Virus record (IMG/VR): IMGVR_UViG_3300025653_000029
Source of the DNA: an uncultured virus (IMG/VR IMGVR_UViG_3300025653_000029)
Lineage: Duplodnaviria; Heunggongvirae; Uroviricota; Caudoviricetes
DNA length: 20,000 nucleotides
Reading direction: 5' to 3' (one strand)
Of this stretch, positions 1 to 8,839 are shown piece after piece (within the stretch, counting starts at the first letter, position 1; the number at the start of each line of letters is the position of its first letter). The notes beneath the pieces are model-generated. The model was given only the letters and a program-made list of their open reading frames with translations, was not told where the DNA came from and did not search any database. A program made the position numbers and the translations under genes.

Positions 1-183
1 AGGTTTTATGAAAGCCAATGGGAGTATTATAATGAGAAGGAAAGGCTTGATTGCATATTGTATTTAGATAAGATTAAGTCTATAATAGAGAGATTCGGTG
101 TCAGGACTACACTAGATCCTGTCATTGATACGGGTAACAACCTGCCCACTAATAAAAAGATACGAGGAAAAGGAATAATATAA
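1..183 (+). CDS. hypothetical protein, 5'-truncated by window edge
   Basis: Frame 1 is open from base 1 (RFYESQWEYY...RGKGII) to TAA 181-183, which overlaps the SSB ATG (TAATG coupling). Confidence 0.7.
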   Translation, partial: RFYESQWEYYNEKERLDCILYLDKIKSIIERFGVRTTLDPVIDTGNNLPTNKKIRGKGII

Positions 184-551
184 TGAGTATGATTACGGTA
201 GTTGGAAATTTGGTTGCCGATCCAGAATTAAAAACAGTTGCTGGACACAAGCTATCTAAGTTGCGTGTTGCAAGTAATGAGCGCATCAAGGATAGCAATG
301 GTCAATGGAAGGATGGAGACACCACCTACATTGATGTTACCTGCTGGCGTAGGCTTGCAGAGGGTTCTGAGTCACTTAAAAAGGGACAAAAAATTATTGT
401 TCATGGAAAGCTAAAGGGCCGTTCTTTTGAGCGTAGTGATGGATCTAAGGGCTATGCATATCAGATTGAGGCAACAGACATTGGAGCCTCTGTTATGGCA
501 AAGAGCACCTCTACAAATGTAGAACCAGATCTAGACAGTCCATGGGAATAA
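183..551 (+). CDS. ssb: single-stranded DNA-binding protein
   Basis: ITVVGNLVADPEL, 'WKDGDTTYIDVTCWRRLAE', 'LKKGQKIIVHGKL' OB-fold motifs typical of actinobacterial SSB; acidic C-terminal tail DLDSPWE. Confidence 0.95.
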   Translation: MSMITVVGNLVADPELKTVAGHKLSKLRVASNERIKDSNGQWKDGDTTYIDVTCWRRLAEGSESLKKGQKIIVHGKLKGRSFERSDGSKGYAYQIEATDIGASVMAKSTSTNVEPDLDSPWE

Positions 552-552
552 T

Positions 553-831
553 ATGGACACTGAAACCAAATGTTTAATTCTTGAAGAGCTTTCTAAAGCT
601 TTTACTTTTGGGGAATTGGACAGGGAGTTTTTTTCAGAATTCATAATATATAATGATCTAGGTCTTCCACTAGCGCAAATGGTTGCCTACGATCTTGGAA
701 CTTTAAATAATGATGGGAAAAAAATAATAGATGAAACATGGCTATCATTGTGTAATCTATTAAATTTAGACCCAACAGAAGAGTTTCAAAATATTGATGA
801 TATGCTAGATGAGTATGAGTCAGATGATTAA
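553..831 (+). CDS. acidic hypothetical phage protein
   Basis: 92-aa ORF starting 1 nt after the ssb stop. Confidence 0.75.
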   Translation: MDTETKCLILEELSKAFTFGELDREFFSEFIIYNDLGLPLAQMVAYDLGTLNNDGKKIIDETWLSLCNLLNLDPTEEFQNIDDMLDEYESDD

Positions 832-1556
832 TTTACTGTTGCTAGGAAATTACCCTGATCATCTAGTCTAGAAATATTGTATCCAAAATCTCTTAACAGA
901 GATTCAGATGTTGGAGGGGTTTGAATTCCAAGATCTGCCAATGTAGACTTTGAAATAGTTTTATGATTATGTTCAAATACTATTGTTGGCATACATTCTT
1001 TTATGGTTTTTTGTGCACCTAAAAGAACTAAGGGTTCAAATCCCTCCACATCTATTTTCATAAAATCAACATTCGATAGATCTAGCGAATCAATCGTAAT
1101 GATATTGGTAGCCTCTCCACCCTTGCCCATTTGTAGTCCACCAAGATTATATCTTTTTTCTGTTCCATAACCTATTTCTCTATTTGCATTCTCACCATCA
1201 ATAGATGAATTACTCATTGTAAATATTCTATTTTCATGTCCAACGGCACAGTTATATATGTGAACATTGTCAAAATTATTTTGCTCTACATTATGGGTAA
1301 GCAAGTCTGACATTTTTCTTTGTGGCTCAAAGGCAAATATCTCAGAACTTGGATTTAGATATTTATACAATATTGTATGAGATCCAGCATGTGCACCTAT
1401 GTCAAGAATAGTTTTACTACTCTTTATATATGGTGCAAGTTTATTTAATACTAAGCCTTGCTCATATATCTTTCCATTATTTAATGTATCAGCAAATACC
1501 TGATCATTTTTATAATAGGCTATGTATCCGTAATCAGTTTTCTTTTCTATAATCAC
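828..1556 (-). CDS. FkbM-family SAM-dependent methyltransferase
   Basis: ILDIGAHAG (motif I), AFEP, 'VDFMKIDVEGFEPLVLLGA', 'PTIVFE'; GTG start 6 nt after TACAAT (leaderless). Confidence 0.93.
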   Translation of the reverse strand: MIIEKKTDYGYIAYYKNDQVFADTLNNGKIYEQGLVLNKLAPYIKSSKTILDIGAHAGSHTILYKYLNPSSEIFAFEPQRKMSDLLTHNVEQNNFDNVHIYNCAVGHENRIFTMSNSSIDGENANREIGYGTEKRYNLGGLQMGKGGEATNIITIDSLDLSNVDFMKIDVEGFEPLVLLGAQKTIKECMPTIVFEHNHKTISKSTLADLGIQTPPTSESLLRDFGYNISRLDDQGNFLATVN

Positions 1557-1586
1557 AAGAAAATTGTATCATGCTATAATTTTTGC

Positions 1587-2375
1587 ATGTTTAAACCCAT
1601 ACAATATGACAAGCATTTTGTTATCGGAACCCCCCTTGTTGGATGGAAAGTAGACAGAGGTGAGCATATGTACTGGTTACAGAATGCAAATAAGATTAGA
1701 GAAAAATTTCCCAACGCTGTTTACTTTGCTGCATTAGAGCTTGATCACAGAGGAATAGAGCCATTTAAGCCAATGATAGAAGTATTAGAATCTGTTGGCG
1801 GTAATTACTGGACATACACTATTGATGATAGGCAGGAGACAGTAACATCTGGCAATCGCTGGATAAGAATTGAAACTGGTCGTAATCTTATTCGTGAGTT
1901 TGCACAAAGAAAAAGAGTAATGTCTGGAAATAATTGGGGAGAAGAAACAAAACAGTCAGTTGTAAATTTTGATGCGATTCTTTATATAGACTCAGACAAT
2001 ATTGTTACAACGGAAATTATAGAAAAAATGTTTGAAATTGATAGACCACTTGTTGGTGTAGATGTTCCAGCATATGGGTTGAAGGGCGAAGTTGTAAATC
2101 AAAGACCAAGAATTGAGGAGCATTGGACAACTGCTGGAATGCTGCTTGTTAATGCTCCAGCCTATTACGACCTACCCTGGTTTCATAATGCATACTTAAA
2201 TCTTAGCGATGACCCAACATTCCAATCAGTTGCGAATAGACTAAAAAGGCGGGTAGGACAAGAAACATTTGAAGATACATATGGAATGACATGGGTAAGA
2301 AAAGATATCAAGTCTGAGCATAAGGGTCAATTAATTTCTGTAGAGAAAAGAAATATACCTAATAGAATTATTTAG
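1587..2375 (+). CDS. glycosyltransferase-like protein (GT-A fold, DxD)
   Basis: 'GRNLIREFA', 'FDAILYIDSD' DxD motif, 'LSDDPTF' resemble GT-A/GT2-like phage enzymes; leaderless ATG 6 nt after TATAAT. Confidence 0.6.
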   Translation: MFKPIQYDKHFVIGTPLVGWKVDRGEHMYWLQNANKIREKFPNAVYFAALELDHRGIEPFKPMIEVLESVGGNYWTYTIDDRQETVTSGNRWIRIETGRNLIREFAQRKRVMSGNNWGEETKQSVVNFDAILYIDSDNIVTTEIIEKMFEIDRPLVGVDVPAYGLKGEVVNQRPRIEEHWTTAGMLLVNAPAYYDLPWFHNAYLNLSDDPTFQSVANRLKRRVGQETFEDTYGMTWVRKDIKSEHKGQLISVEKRNIPNRII

Positions 2376-2895
2376 TTCTCTTGCCATTCTTTTTAATGCC
2401 AAGTAGCCTTTGTACTTCCTTAACATCTTTAAAGGTAGTATTTCTTTTAGCACCACGATCCCATGACTGAGAAAGTTCTGTGTGCATACCGTCTGGCTTT
2501 CTCCACCATTCACCATTTGCAAAAATTCTGTGACCATCCTTTGTCTTGTAACGATCAAGAATGCGGTTGAGGATCTTCATTTCTGATTGATTCATGTGTG
2601 GCTTACCGTCTGGCTTAAGAACATCGTATCTAAGGTCTACGGCTGTTCCAGATGCGTGGTTTGAATAGTTTTTGGTATATCTAGAGTATCTGTAATTCCA
2701 CCCGTCTACTGGACCTTTGTTTAGATTGAGTCTTTCTGGCATTTCAGCGTGCCAGTCTGCAAGAAATGCAGCAAAAACTGGAGCGATGCCACGACGAACA
2801 CGAACGGTTCGATTAGTTCCTGGAATTTTAACAGCCTTAAGTCTTGGATCTGCCCATTTTGTAATTACGGGCCAGTTGTTTAATGATTTAGCCAT
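2368..2895 (-). CDS. M15-family Zn peptidoglycan peptidase (endolysin-like)
   Basis: SNHASGTAVD (SxHxxGxAxD) and DGMHTE Zn-ligand motifs; start placed at ATG 2895 (MAKSLNN), 6 nt after TATAAT. Confidence 0.88.
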   Translation of the reverse strand: MAKSLNNWPVITKWADPRLKAVKIPGTNRTVRVRRGIAPVFAAFLADWHAEMPERLNLNKGPVDGWNYRYSRYTKNYSNHASGTAVDLRYDVLKPDGKPHMNQSEMKILNRILDRYKTKDGHRIFANGEWWRKPDGMHTELSQSWDRGAKRNTTFKDVKEVQRLLGIKKNGKRTK

Positions 2896-2917
2896 ACAAA
2901 TATTATACACTATACCT

Positions 2918-3796
2918 ATGAATTACGAAGAATTCTTAAAGTTCTGGCTAGAAGAAAGCCAAGGGTTTAATAAATTTACAGATATTCAGAGACTGTCTTC
3001 TGGAATATCATCTAATGTTTGTAGAATAGGTAATGCTAGTGGTGACACACTAATATTAAAATATGCTATATCAGATGACTTTGTGACCAAAAAAAGAATA
3101 TTCAATCAGTATCAAATACAAAAAACTCTTTATGGTAGCTTTCCTGTTGCCGAGCCTCTTTACTATAATATTTCTCCATCAATTTTTGAATTTCCTTTTT
3201 ACATAATGGAAGATATTGAAGGAAGGCCAAGTTACAATAGTGAATCAATAATTAATTCGTTTGATATGCTGCATAAGTTACACAGCATGGATCTTGATAA
3301 ATTTTTAACATCGAAAACCAAGGGTAAAAATAACATAGGATATAACATACAAAAAATAAACAAACAATGTATTGATAGGTCAGAGTTAGTTCCCATAAAT
3401 GTAGATCACATACATAAGTGGCTCATGAAAAATTATCCAGAAGAAAACAAAAATTCAATAGTTCATAATGATTGGAAAATGGACAATATTTTATTTCATA
3501 ATAATCAGATATCCGCAATACTAGATTGGGAGCTTTTTGATGTAGGAGATCCTAGAATGGATTTTGGCATAGCAATGTCTTACTGGTCGGATGAGTATTT
3601 ATGTCCCAAGGAGAAGGTGCTTGATTTATTTATTGATAAGTATTTTGTAAGTGAAAAAGAGTGGAAATTCTTTGAGGTTTTAGGAATGTTTAGGCTAATT
3701 CCCATAGCACAATTAGCACAGATACGATATAATAATATGACTATCCAAGATAAAATAAATACGATAGTAGAAAGATGCGAAGGAGCAATAAGATAA
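2918..3796 (+). CDS. APH/choline-kinase-family phosphotransferase
   Basis: 'LILK', 'FYIMEDIEG', Brenner motif VHNDWKMDNILF, 'ILDWELFDVGDPRMD'. True start most likely ATG 2918 (MNYEEF), since the longer ORF-track start overlaps the M15 gene. Confidence 0.88.
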   Translation: MNYEEFLKFWLEESQGFNKFTDIQRLSSGISSNVCRIGNASGDTLILKYAISDDFVTKKRIFNQYQIQKTLYGSFPVAEPLYYNISPSIFEFPFYIMEDIEGRPSYNSESIINSFDMLHKLHSMDLDKFLTSKTKGKNNIGYNIQKINKQCIDRSELVPINVDHIHKWLMKNYPEENKNSIVHNDWKMDNILFHNNQISAILDWELFDVGDPRMDFGIAMSYWSDEYLCPKEKVLDLFIDKYFVSEKEWKFFEVLGMFRLIPIAQLAQIRYNNMTIQDKINTIVERCEGAIR

Positions 3797-4408
3797 ATGT
3801 CAAGGGTTTTATATCAGCCAGTATTAAATCAGGCCATTAATGATAACTCAGCAATACTTAGGGGCTGCCAAGATAGGCTAGATGCTATGGTTGCCTTTTG
3901 TGAAAACAAGTTTGGCTCCTCTCTTTCAGAAAAGTCATTTTTAGATATTGGATCTTGTTACGGATTTTTTGTAAATGCATTTAATGGTTTATGCTCAATT
4001 GTTACTGGTATTGAGAATGGAAACAAACAATTTAATATGACCAGAATATTTTATCCAGACATTTCTTCTCAAATAAACAAAGAAGATTTTACAGAGACAA
4101 TAGACGGCTACCAAAATTATGACATTGTTTCTCTTTTAAGCGTATTGCATAGCATAATAATTTCAGATGGTGCCGATCATGCCGCAGAAATTCTAAGAAA
4201 AATTGATGCAAAAACAAATGATGTTTTATTTATTGATATGGGCCAAGAAAATGAATTAATTTATAACAGCAGTATGAGTGGATGGAATAAAGATTCTATT
4301 GCCCAATGGGTACTGAATGAGACAAGTTTTGATGTTTGTGAACCATTGATTGAAGACTCTGACCCAAGATTTGGAAGAACCCTTTTTGCCTGTTATAGAA
4401 ATAAGTAA
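3797..4408 (+). CDS. class I SAM-dependent methyltransferase
   Basis: SFLDIGSCYGFF motif I, VTGIE, YDIVSLLSVLH; ATG directly follows the kinase stop (TAAATG). Confidence 0.85.
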   Translation: MSRVLYQPVLNQAINDNSAILRGCQDRLDAMVAFCENKFGSSLSEKSFLDIGSCYGFFVNAFNGLCSIVTGIENGNKQFNMTRIFYPDISSQINKEDFTETIDGYQNYDIVSLLSVLHSIIISDGADHAAEILRKIDAKTNDVLFIDMGQENELIYNSSMSGWNKDSIAQWVLNETSFDVCEPLIEDSDPRFGRTLFACYRNK

Positions 4409-5580
4409 TGAAGCAAGTAATTGGCGGGGAAGACTTAATAAATAGTTTTATTTCTCTTAGAGACTCCTGTGATAATGGATATTTTCATTATAGCTATGGC
4501 AAAAGAGATGCACTATTAATATTTTCTCCAGAAATTGTTAATGAGGTCTTAGTAAATAAACAAAACAGTTTTTCTAGAGGGATAGTTTTTCTTAAAATGA
4601 AAAACTTTTTTGGCAATGGCTTGATAGTATCAGAAGATCCAGAGCACATAACAAACAAAAGAATGCTGCAGGGTAGTTTTAGCAAAAAGATAGTTGATGA
4701 TTATCAAACAATAATTAATAATGAATGCAATGCAAGCTTTGAAAACTTAGAAGAAAAAGGCTTCTCGTTGTCAAATTTAGCAGACAAGGTAGCATTTGAT
4801 TGCGTTGCTAAATGTTTTATTGGAGAAGATGTTCCATCTGAATATATTTCTGCATACCATGATATATCTTATAAGATATCTAACATTCCTAGACTTGTAT
4901 TTTCTACTGAAGAAACAATTAATTTTTCGCCTGTTAGAAACTTTATAAAAGATATTATTTTACAGAGCAATGTACAAGATAACTTACTTTGGTCAATGAT
5001 TAATTCTGACATGAATACTGATCAAATAACTGATGAAATAATAACCATATTAGGTGCTGGATTTGAAACAACAAGTGCTTTGATATCTTGGACACTTATT
5101 AATTTGTATAACAATGATGACGTTCTACAAAAATGTAGAGAAGATGACTCAATGATAGATAAAGCTATTAAAGAAACATTGAGAACAAATCCTCCTGCTT
5201 ACTTTACAACTAGGACGGCATCAAATGATATAGATTTATCTGGCGTAACAATAAAGCAAGGAACAAATATTTTTATATCGCAATATGTTACTCATAGGGA
5301 TAAAAAATACTATTCAGATCCAGATAATTGGAACCCTGAAAGATGGAGTAAACAATTTGAAAAAAGCTTGCCCCGTGGAGCATACTTCCCTTTTGGAATG
5401 GGGTCTAAAAAATGTATTGGCGAATATTTTTCTATAATGGTTGCAAAAACCTTTATTTCATTATTCATTAATAGATATCATTTTGAAATAATTGACAAAA
5501 ATATTAAACCAAAGTACCTTGTTTCCATGATTCCAGATAGCCCTGTGACTACAATCACTAGTAGTTTGTTCGACAAATAA
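4408..5580 (+). CDS. cytochrome P450
   Basis: I-helix AGFETT, K-helix KETLR (ExxR), PERW, heme-thiolate motif YFPFGMGSKKCIG (FxxGxxxCxG); TAATG coupling to the methyltransferase. Confidence 0.95.
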   Translation: MKQVIGGEDLINSFISLRDSCDNGYFHYSYGKRDALLIFSPEIVNEVLVNKQNSFSRGIVFLKMKNFFGNGLIVSEDPEHITNKRMLQGSFSKKIVDDYQTIINNECNASFENLEEKGFSLSNLADKVAFDCVAKCFIGEDVPSEYISAYHDISYKISNIPRLVFSTEETINFSPVRNFIKDIILQSNVQDNLLWSMINSDMNTDQITDEIITILGAGFETTSALISWTLINLYNNDDVLQKCREDDSMIDKAIKETLRTNPPAYFTTRTASNDIDLSGVTIKQGTNIFISQYVTHRDKKYYSDPDNWNPERWSKQFEKSLPRGAYFPFGMGSKKCIGEYFSIMVAKTFISLFINRYHFEIIDKNIKPKYLVSMIPDSPVTTITSSLFDK

Positions 5581-5634
5581 ACAAAGTCTTGATATAATTG
5601 AGATATCCCAACAATCCCAAAAGGAGGAATTTAC

Positions 5635-5808
5635 ATGAAAACACTCATGCGTAAAATTGAGAATCTTTTCACAAACGCCACAAGCGAAGAAGAAAAGTCT
5701 CGTCGTGCAATGCACCGTGCATGGATGGTCGAAAGAGAAAGGGCCGCTAGATATGGCCCCCATCATGTCCAAGAGATTGACGCAATCTTTACTCGCGCAG
5801 GACTCTAA
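5635..5808 (+). CDS. small hypothetical protein (57 aa, MKTLMRKIENLF...EIDAIFTRAGL), missed by ORF track
   Basis: Strong RBS AAGGAGG 7 nt upstream; clean ORF filling the gap. Confidence 0.8.
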   Translation: MKTLMRKIENLFTNATSEEEKSRRAMHRAWMVERERAARYGPHHVQEIDAIFTRAGL

Positions 5809-5811
5809 TTA

Positions 5812-5855
5812 TTGACATTTGTCCACACTTCCTGTAATATTGGAGGTGTGGATAA
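5812..5855 (+). promoter_or_regulatory. sigmaA/70-type promoter overlapped by an inverted repeat containing two DnaA-box sequences
   Basis: TTGACA (5812-17)-N17-TAATAT (5835-40); TTGTCCACA 5819-27 and TGTGGATAA 5847-55. Confidence 0.7.
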
Positions 5856-5875
5856 GTCATATTTAGGGAGATTAT

Positions 5876-6058
5876 ATGCTTGACTGCAGAGGCATTCCTA
5901 CGAGGGAATGCATAAATTGTGGATCAAATCTTTTTACTGTACAAGTACAATTTGATGAAGCATATGAAATTACCTCGTATCTACTTGACTGCGAGTGTGC
6001 TTACTGTCATACTAAGCTAACTGCTCCAACACCGTTGGACCTTATAGAAATGGATTAA
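5876..6058 (+). CDS. small Zn-ribbon protein
   Basis: CINC...CAYC pairs; GGGAG RBS. Confidence 0.75.
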   Translation: MLDCRGIPTRECINCGSNLFTVQVQFDEAYEITSYLLDCECAYCHTKLTAPTPLDLIEMD

Positions 6059-6059
6059 T

Positions 6060-6551
6060 ATGCAAACCTTTGTTCCGTATGTAGACATGTATGAGTCTGC
6101 TTCTGTATTGGATAACAAGCGACTTAATAAACAACTGCTAGAAGGTCGTCAAATTTATAGCATCCTATCCTCTGGACGTACTAGGGGTGGGTGGGTACGG
6201 CATCCAGCGGTACTTATGTGGAAAGGTTATGACAACGCACTCTTTGAATATCTCATTGCTATTAAGTATGAATGTGATGAACGCGGCATTAGTACAGAAA
6301 AGAATTGGGATGCTATTCAAGAAATGTATGACTGGAATTGGGATCGTGGCGACAATATCGTAATGCCTCCGTGGTGGGGAGATGAAAGGATACACGAATC
6401 TCATCGCAATAACCTATACATAAAAGACCCAGAATATTATGCAGAGTTTCGTAATGCTAATCGTGTAGCATGTTGTGACAAGTGCAATTACTTCTGGCCC
6501 ACACATACGCTATACTACAATCTAGAAATGGAGCAATTAATTGAAGCCTAA
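6060..6551 (+). CDS. pyrimidine-dimer DNA glycosylase-like protein (MSMEG_6728/Pyr_excise family)
   Basis: MQTFVPY...LDNKRLNKQLLE..QI, GWVRHPAVLMWKGY, PPWWGDERIHESHRNNL, KDPEYY, YFWP. Confidence 0.85.
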   Translation: MQTFVPYVDMYESASVLDNKRLNKQLLEGRQIYSILSSGRTRGGWVRHPAVLMWKGYDNALFEYLIAIKYECDERGISTEKNWDAIQEMYDWNWDRGDNIVMPPWWGDERIHESHRNNLYIKDPEYYAEFRNANRVACCDKCNYFWPTHTLYYNLEMEQLIEA

Positions 6552-6738
6552 GAGTGAATACACAGACGAAGACGAGCGTGCCCTGCGTGACCTAGAGAAG
6601 GCAATGGATGCCATTCGTAAAGGTGCTGGTGGAAAGGCTGGAGAGTCTTTAGAGTCAAAGTATGCAGAAGCATACAATAAATGCTATCGAATGGGATTAA
6701 AGCAATACAAGCTTGAATGGTGTAAAACCACAAGGTAG
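6541..6738 (+). CDS. hypothetical protein
   Basis: 65-aa ORF, TTG start after GGAG, fits between neighbours. Confidence 0.6.
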   Translation: MKPKSEYTDEDERALRDLEKAMDAIRKGAGGKAGESLESKYAEAYNKCYRMGLKQYKLEWCKTTR

Positions 6739-6740
6739 TT

Positions 6741-7199
6741 ATGGATATCTATCAGGAAGTTCTATTCCCTGCGCCAACAGAAAGATACTGTTATGTGTGC
6801 AAAAGAATTCTCCCTGAAGAAAACTTTGCTAAAAATGTTACTAAAACAGACGAGGTAAGGCCTGAATGCCGCGAGTGTGATAATAAACAAAGACGGGAAA
6901 GAAAGCAAAGAGAAAAAGAAAGAGATCCAGATGCCTGGAGAGATAAATACTTGAAGAAAAAGTATGGAATATCTCTTGAAGATTATAACAAAATGGTAAC
7001 GGAACAAGACGGTCTTTGCTGGATATGTGAGAAAGAATCTGATTTGGTTGTAGATCACGATCACGATACAGGAAAAGTCAGGGGACTTTTATGTAGCCTT
7101 TGCAATACTTCTCTTGGCGGATTTAAAGACAGTACAGATTCATTGTATAAAGCCATTGACTATCTTATTACTCATAATAAAGGCATACAATATTATTAG
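6741..7199 (+). CDS. endonuclease VII-family (His-Me finger) nuclease
   Basis: KYGISLEDY..M...Q.G.CWIC, VVDHDHDTGKVRGLLCSLCN..LG.FKD; N-terminal CxxC...CxxC. Confidence 0.92.
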   Translation: MDIYQEVLFPAPTERYCYVCKRILPEENFAKNVTKTDEVRPECRECDNKQRRERKQREKERDPDAWRDKYLKKKYGISLEDYNKMVTEQDGLCWICEKESDLVVDHDHDTGKVRGLLCSLCNTSLGGFKDSTDSLYKAIDYLITHNKGIQYY

Positions 7200-7200
7200 A

Positions 7201-7416
7201 ATGTTAAAGCCCTGTACAGTATGTGACAAATATATTGCAATGGCCCCAGAAGAGGACTATGATCTGTGTAGAGAATGCCGTATAAACGAATATAAATGGC
7301 GACACAAAATAGCAAAAGAATTGGAAAAAGCTCTTGACTCATCGACGCTTTTCGATTATACTTTTACTCGTAAGCAAACAATACTAGACATTGTTAGGAG
7401 ATACAATGGAATTTGA
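7201..7416 (+). CDS. hypothetical Zn-finger protein
   Basis: ATG 7201 (MLKPCTVC...LCREC) one base after the EndoVII stop. Confidence 0.65.
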   Translation: MLKPCTVCDKYIAMAPEEDYDLCRECRINEYKWRHKIAKELEKALDSSTLFDYTFTRKQTILDIVRRYNGI

Positions 7417-7480
7417 TGTGAAGGACTACACCGACAGTATTGACGATTACTTTGAGCAAAAGTTTCAGGACTTGAAGTGA
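7406..7480 (+). CDS. putative 24-aa acidic microprotein (MEFDVKDYTDSIDDYFEQKFQDLK)
   Basis: AGGAG RBS upstream; promoter TTGACT-N17-TATACT at 7334-7362. Confidence 0.45.
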   Translation: MEFDVKDYTDSIDDYFEQKFQDLK

Positions 7481-7487
7481 CTTTGGC

Positions 7488-7625
7488 ATGAGCGTAATAG
7501 TACAAAATAATGAAGAAAAGGCTGCACACTTTGCTTCCATAGGATTTATGGACCATGCAAATTATTATGCTACCATGGTACTGATCGAAGAGATCAAAAA
7601 TCTTAGAAAATCCTTGGAGAAATAA
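7488..7625 (+). CDS. small hypothetical protein (45 aa, MSVIVQNNEEK...)
   Basis: Clean ORF; stop overlaps next ATG (TAATG). Confidence 0.55.
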   Translation: MSVIVQNNEEKAAHFASIGFMDHANYYATMVLIEEIKNLRKSLEK

Positions 7626-7668
7626 TGTATTGTGGTGCATGTCGGGTCTATCATATGGGTATGTGTCG

Positions 7669-7758
7669 ATGAGCGAATGTAAGCATGAGTACGCTATCTG
7701 GCGTGGTCGTTATATTTGTGCTGAGTGTGGACAAGAAAAGAATTATGGTGTAGAATAG
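7669..7758 (+). CDS. putative 29-aa Zn-ribbon microprotein (MSECKHEYAIWRGRYICAECGQEKNYGVE)
   Basis: CxH...CxxCG pattern common in phage microproteins; ATGA-coupled to a 15-codon ORF at 7625-7672. Confidence 0.5.
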   Translation: MSECKHEYAIWRGRYICAECGQEKNYGVE

Positions 7759-7792
7759 CGCATACGGAAACTGGCGCAAGGAGATACGGGAA

Positions 7793-8074
7793 ATGGCATA
7801 TTGTAGATTTATAGACGCTGATGCCTATATATATGACGATATTTATTATGGCATTATTTGTTGTGCCTGCTCTATGGGAGTAGATGGCAATTTTATTGCA
7901 GGCTATGACTACGATCTAATGCTGGCTCACATACAAGAGCATAGGGAACAAAAAGATTTTATTCCTTTAGATGTAGATGAAAGACTCAAACTTGAAAGAG
8001 ACTGTACACATGAAAGTGAAGAAACGAAATATGGACAAGTATGTAAGAAATGTTGGAGGTCTTTAGATGTATGA
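7793..8074 (+). CDS. hypothetical Cys/His-rich protein
   Basis: 93 aa, AGGAG RBS, CCAC/H..EH and C.H...CKKC motifs. Confidence 0.75.
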   Translation: MAYCRFIDADAYIYDDIYYGIICCACSMGVDGNFIAGYDYDLMLAHIQEHREQKDFIPLDVDERLKLERDCTHESEETKYGQVCKKCWRSLDV

Positions 8075-8192
8075 CGATCCTATCCCATATGATCAATGTC
8101 CCGTCTGCCTTGACCCCATGGACTATTGCCAGGGTCATGGAGAAATTGGGGACTACGAGGGCTTTGTTATTTTACAAGAAGAGGATCTATGA
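8067..8192 (+). CDS. small hypothetical protein (41 aa, MYDDPIPYDQCPVCLDPMDYCQGHG...)
   Basis: GGAGG RBS; stop overlaps next ATG (ATGA); preferred over the ORF-track frame 8050-8256. Confidence 0.65.
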   Translation: MYDDPIPYDQCPVCLDPMDYCQGHGEIGDYEGFVILQEEDL

Positions 8193-8437
8193 TCGCTTGG
8201 TATTGGTCATGGATTCTTATGTCTGTCAATCTTGCCGCCATGATTTTGGCAGGTAGAAAGTTGTGGTGGGCTTGGCTAGTAGGTGTTTCTGCTGAGTGCA
8301 TGTGGCTAATTTATGGTTGGCAAACACAACAATGGGGCTTTAGTTTTTTTGCTTTTATATTTGGTGCTGTATATTTGAGAAATGCATATAAATGGAAATC
8401 AATTCATAAACAACACGATGGAAGAGTAGTAATATAA
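8189..8437 (+). CDS. PnuC-like small membrane protein
   Basis: Three hydrophobic segments, 'GRKLWWAWLVG', 'W..YG..T.Q.GF', 'NAYKW'; start ATG 8189. Confidence 0.7.
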   Translation: MIAWYWSWILMSVNLAAMILAGRKLWWAWLVGVSAECMWLIYGWQTQQWGFSFFAFIFGAVYLRNAYKWKSIHKQHDGRVVI

Positions 8438-8604
8438 TGTCTTTTGAATCGTCGGAAATTTCGGCGGCGGGTGAAAATAGTATACCCATTGGAATAAACG
8501 GACATGACATACATTGTAAGGCAAGATATCCACAATTAATAAATGTGGAACTATGCCTATGGTGTAATGTTATCCGTACTGTAAGGAATGAATATGAGGC
8601 TTAA
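8437..8604 (+). CDS. small hypothetical protein (55 aa)
   Basis: TAATG-coupled ORF MSFESSEIS...HDIHC...CLWC...NEYEA. Confidence 0.55.
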   Translation: MSFESSEISAAGENSIPIGINGHDIHCKARYPQLINVELCLWCNVIRTVRNEYEA

Positions 8605-8839
8605 TATCTTTCGTAATTGTACTATAGATGCACAGGTAGGATACCTTATTGATTCTATGATTGATGCCCGTAGAAAAGAAACGGAAGAATATTGGCGAGG
8701 GGTGCTGGAAAAGGAATGCCAGGACAATGCCATACAAGCCTACAATAATGGATATACAGATGGATATAATGATGCTAAAAAGACATACTTTGATGAGATG
8801 CATTCCTTTGTTGAGAATCTAGGAGATGATTTACTATGA
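8588..8839 (+). CDS. hypothetical protein
   Basis: 83 aa with GYxxGYxDG-type phage repeat. Confidence 0.7.
   Translation: MNMRLNIFRNCTIDAQVGYLIDSMIDARRKETEEYWRGVLEKECQDNAIQAYNNGYTDGYNDAKKTYFDEMHSFVENLGDDLL

Noticed and set aside
99..120. TGTCAG near the window start (also at 12568 and 17123) as PafBC-type promoters
   Set aside because: No TAnnnT at 10-nt spacing, and the sites lie inside coding sequence.
2717..2917. N-terminal extension of the kinase given by the ORF track
   Set aside because: It is the antisense of the M15 peptidase gene; ATG 2918 has a properly placed -10.
7478..7510. Stop-codon recoding (TGA readthrough)
   Set aside because: Readthrough adds only 9 codons; all recognisable genes are intact under the standard code and no suppressor anticodon is present.
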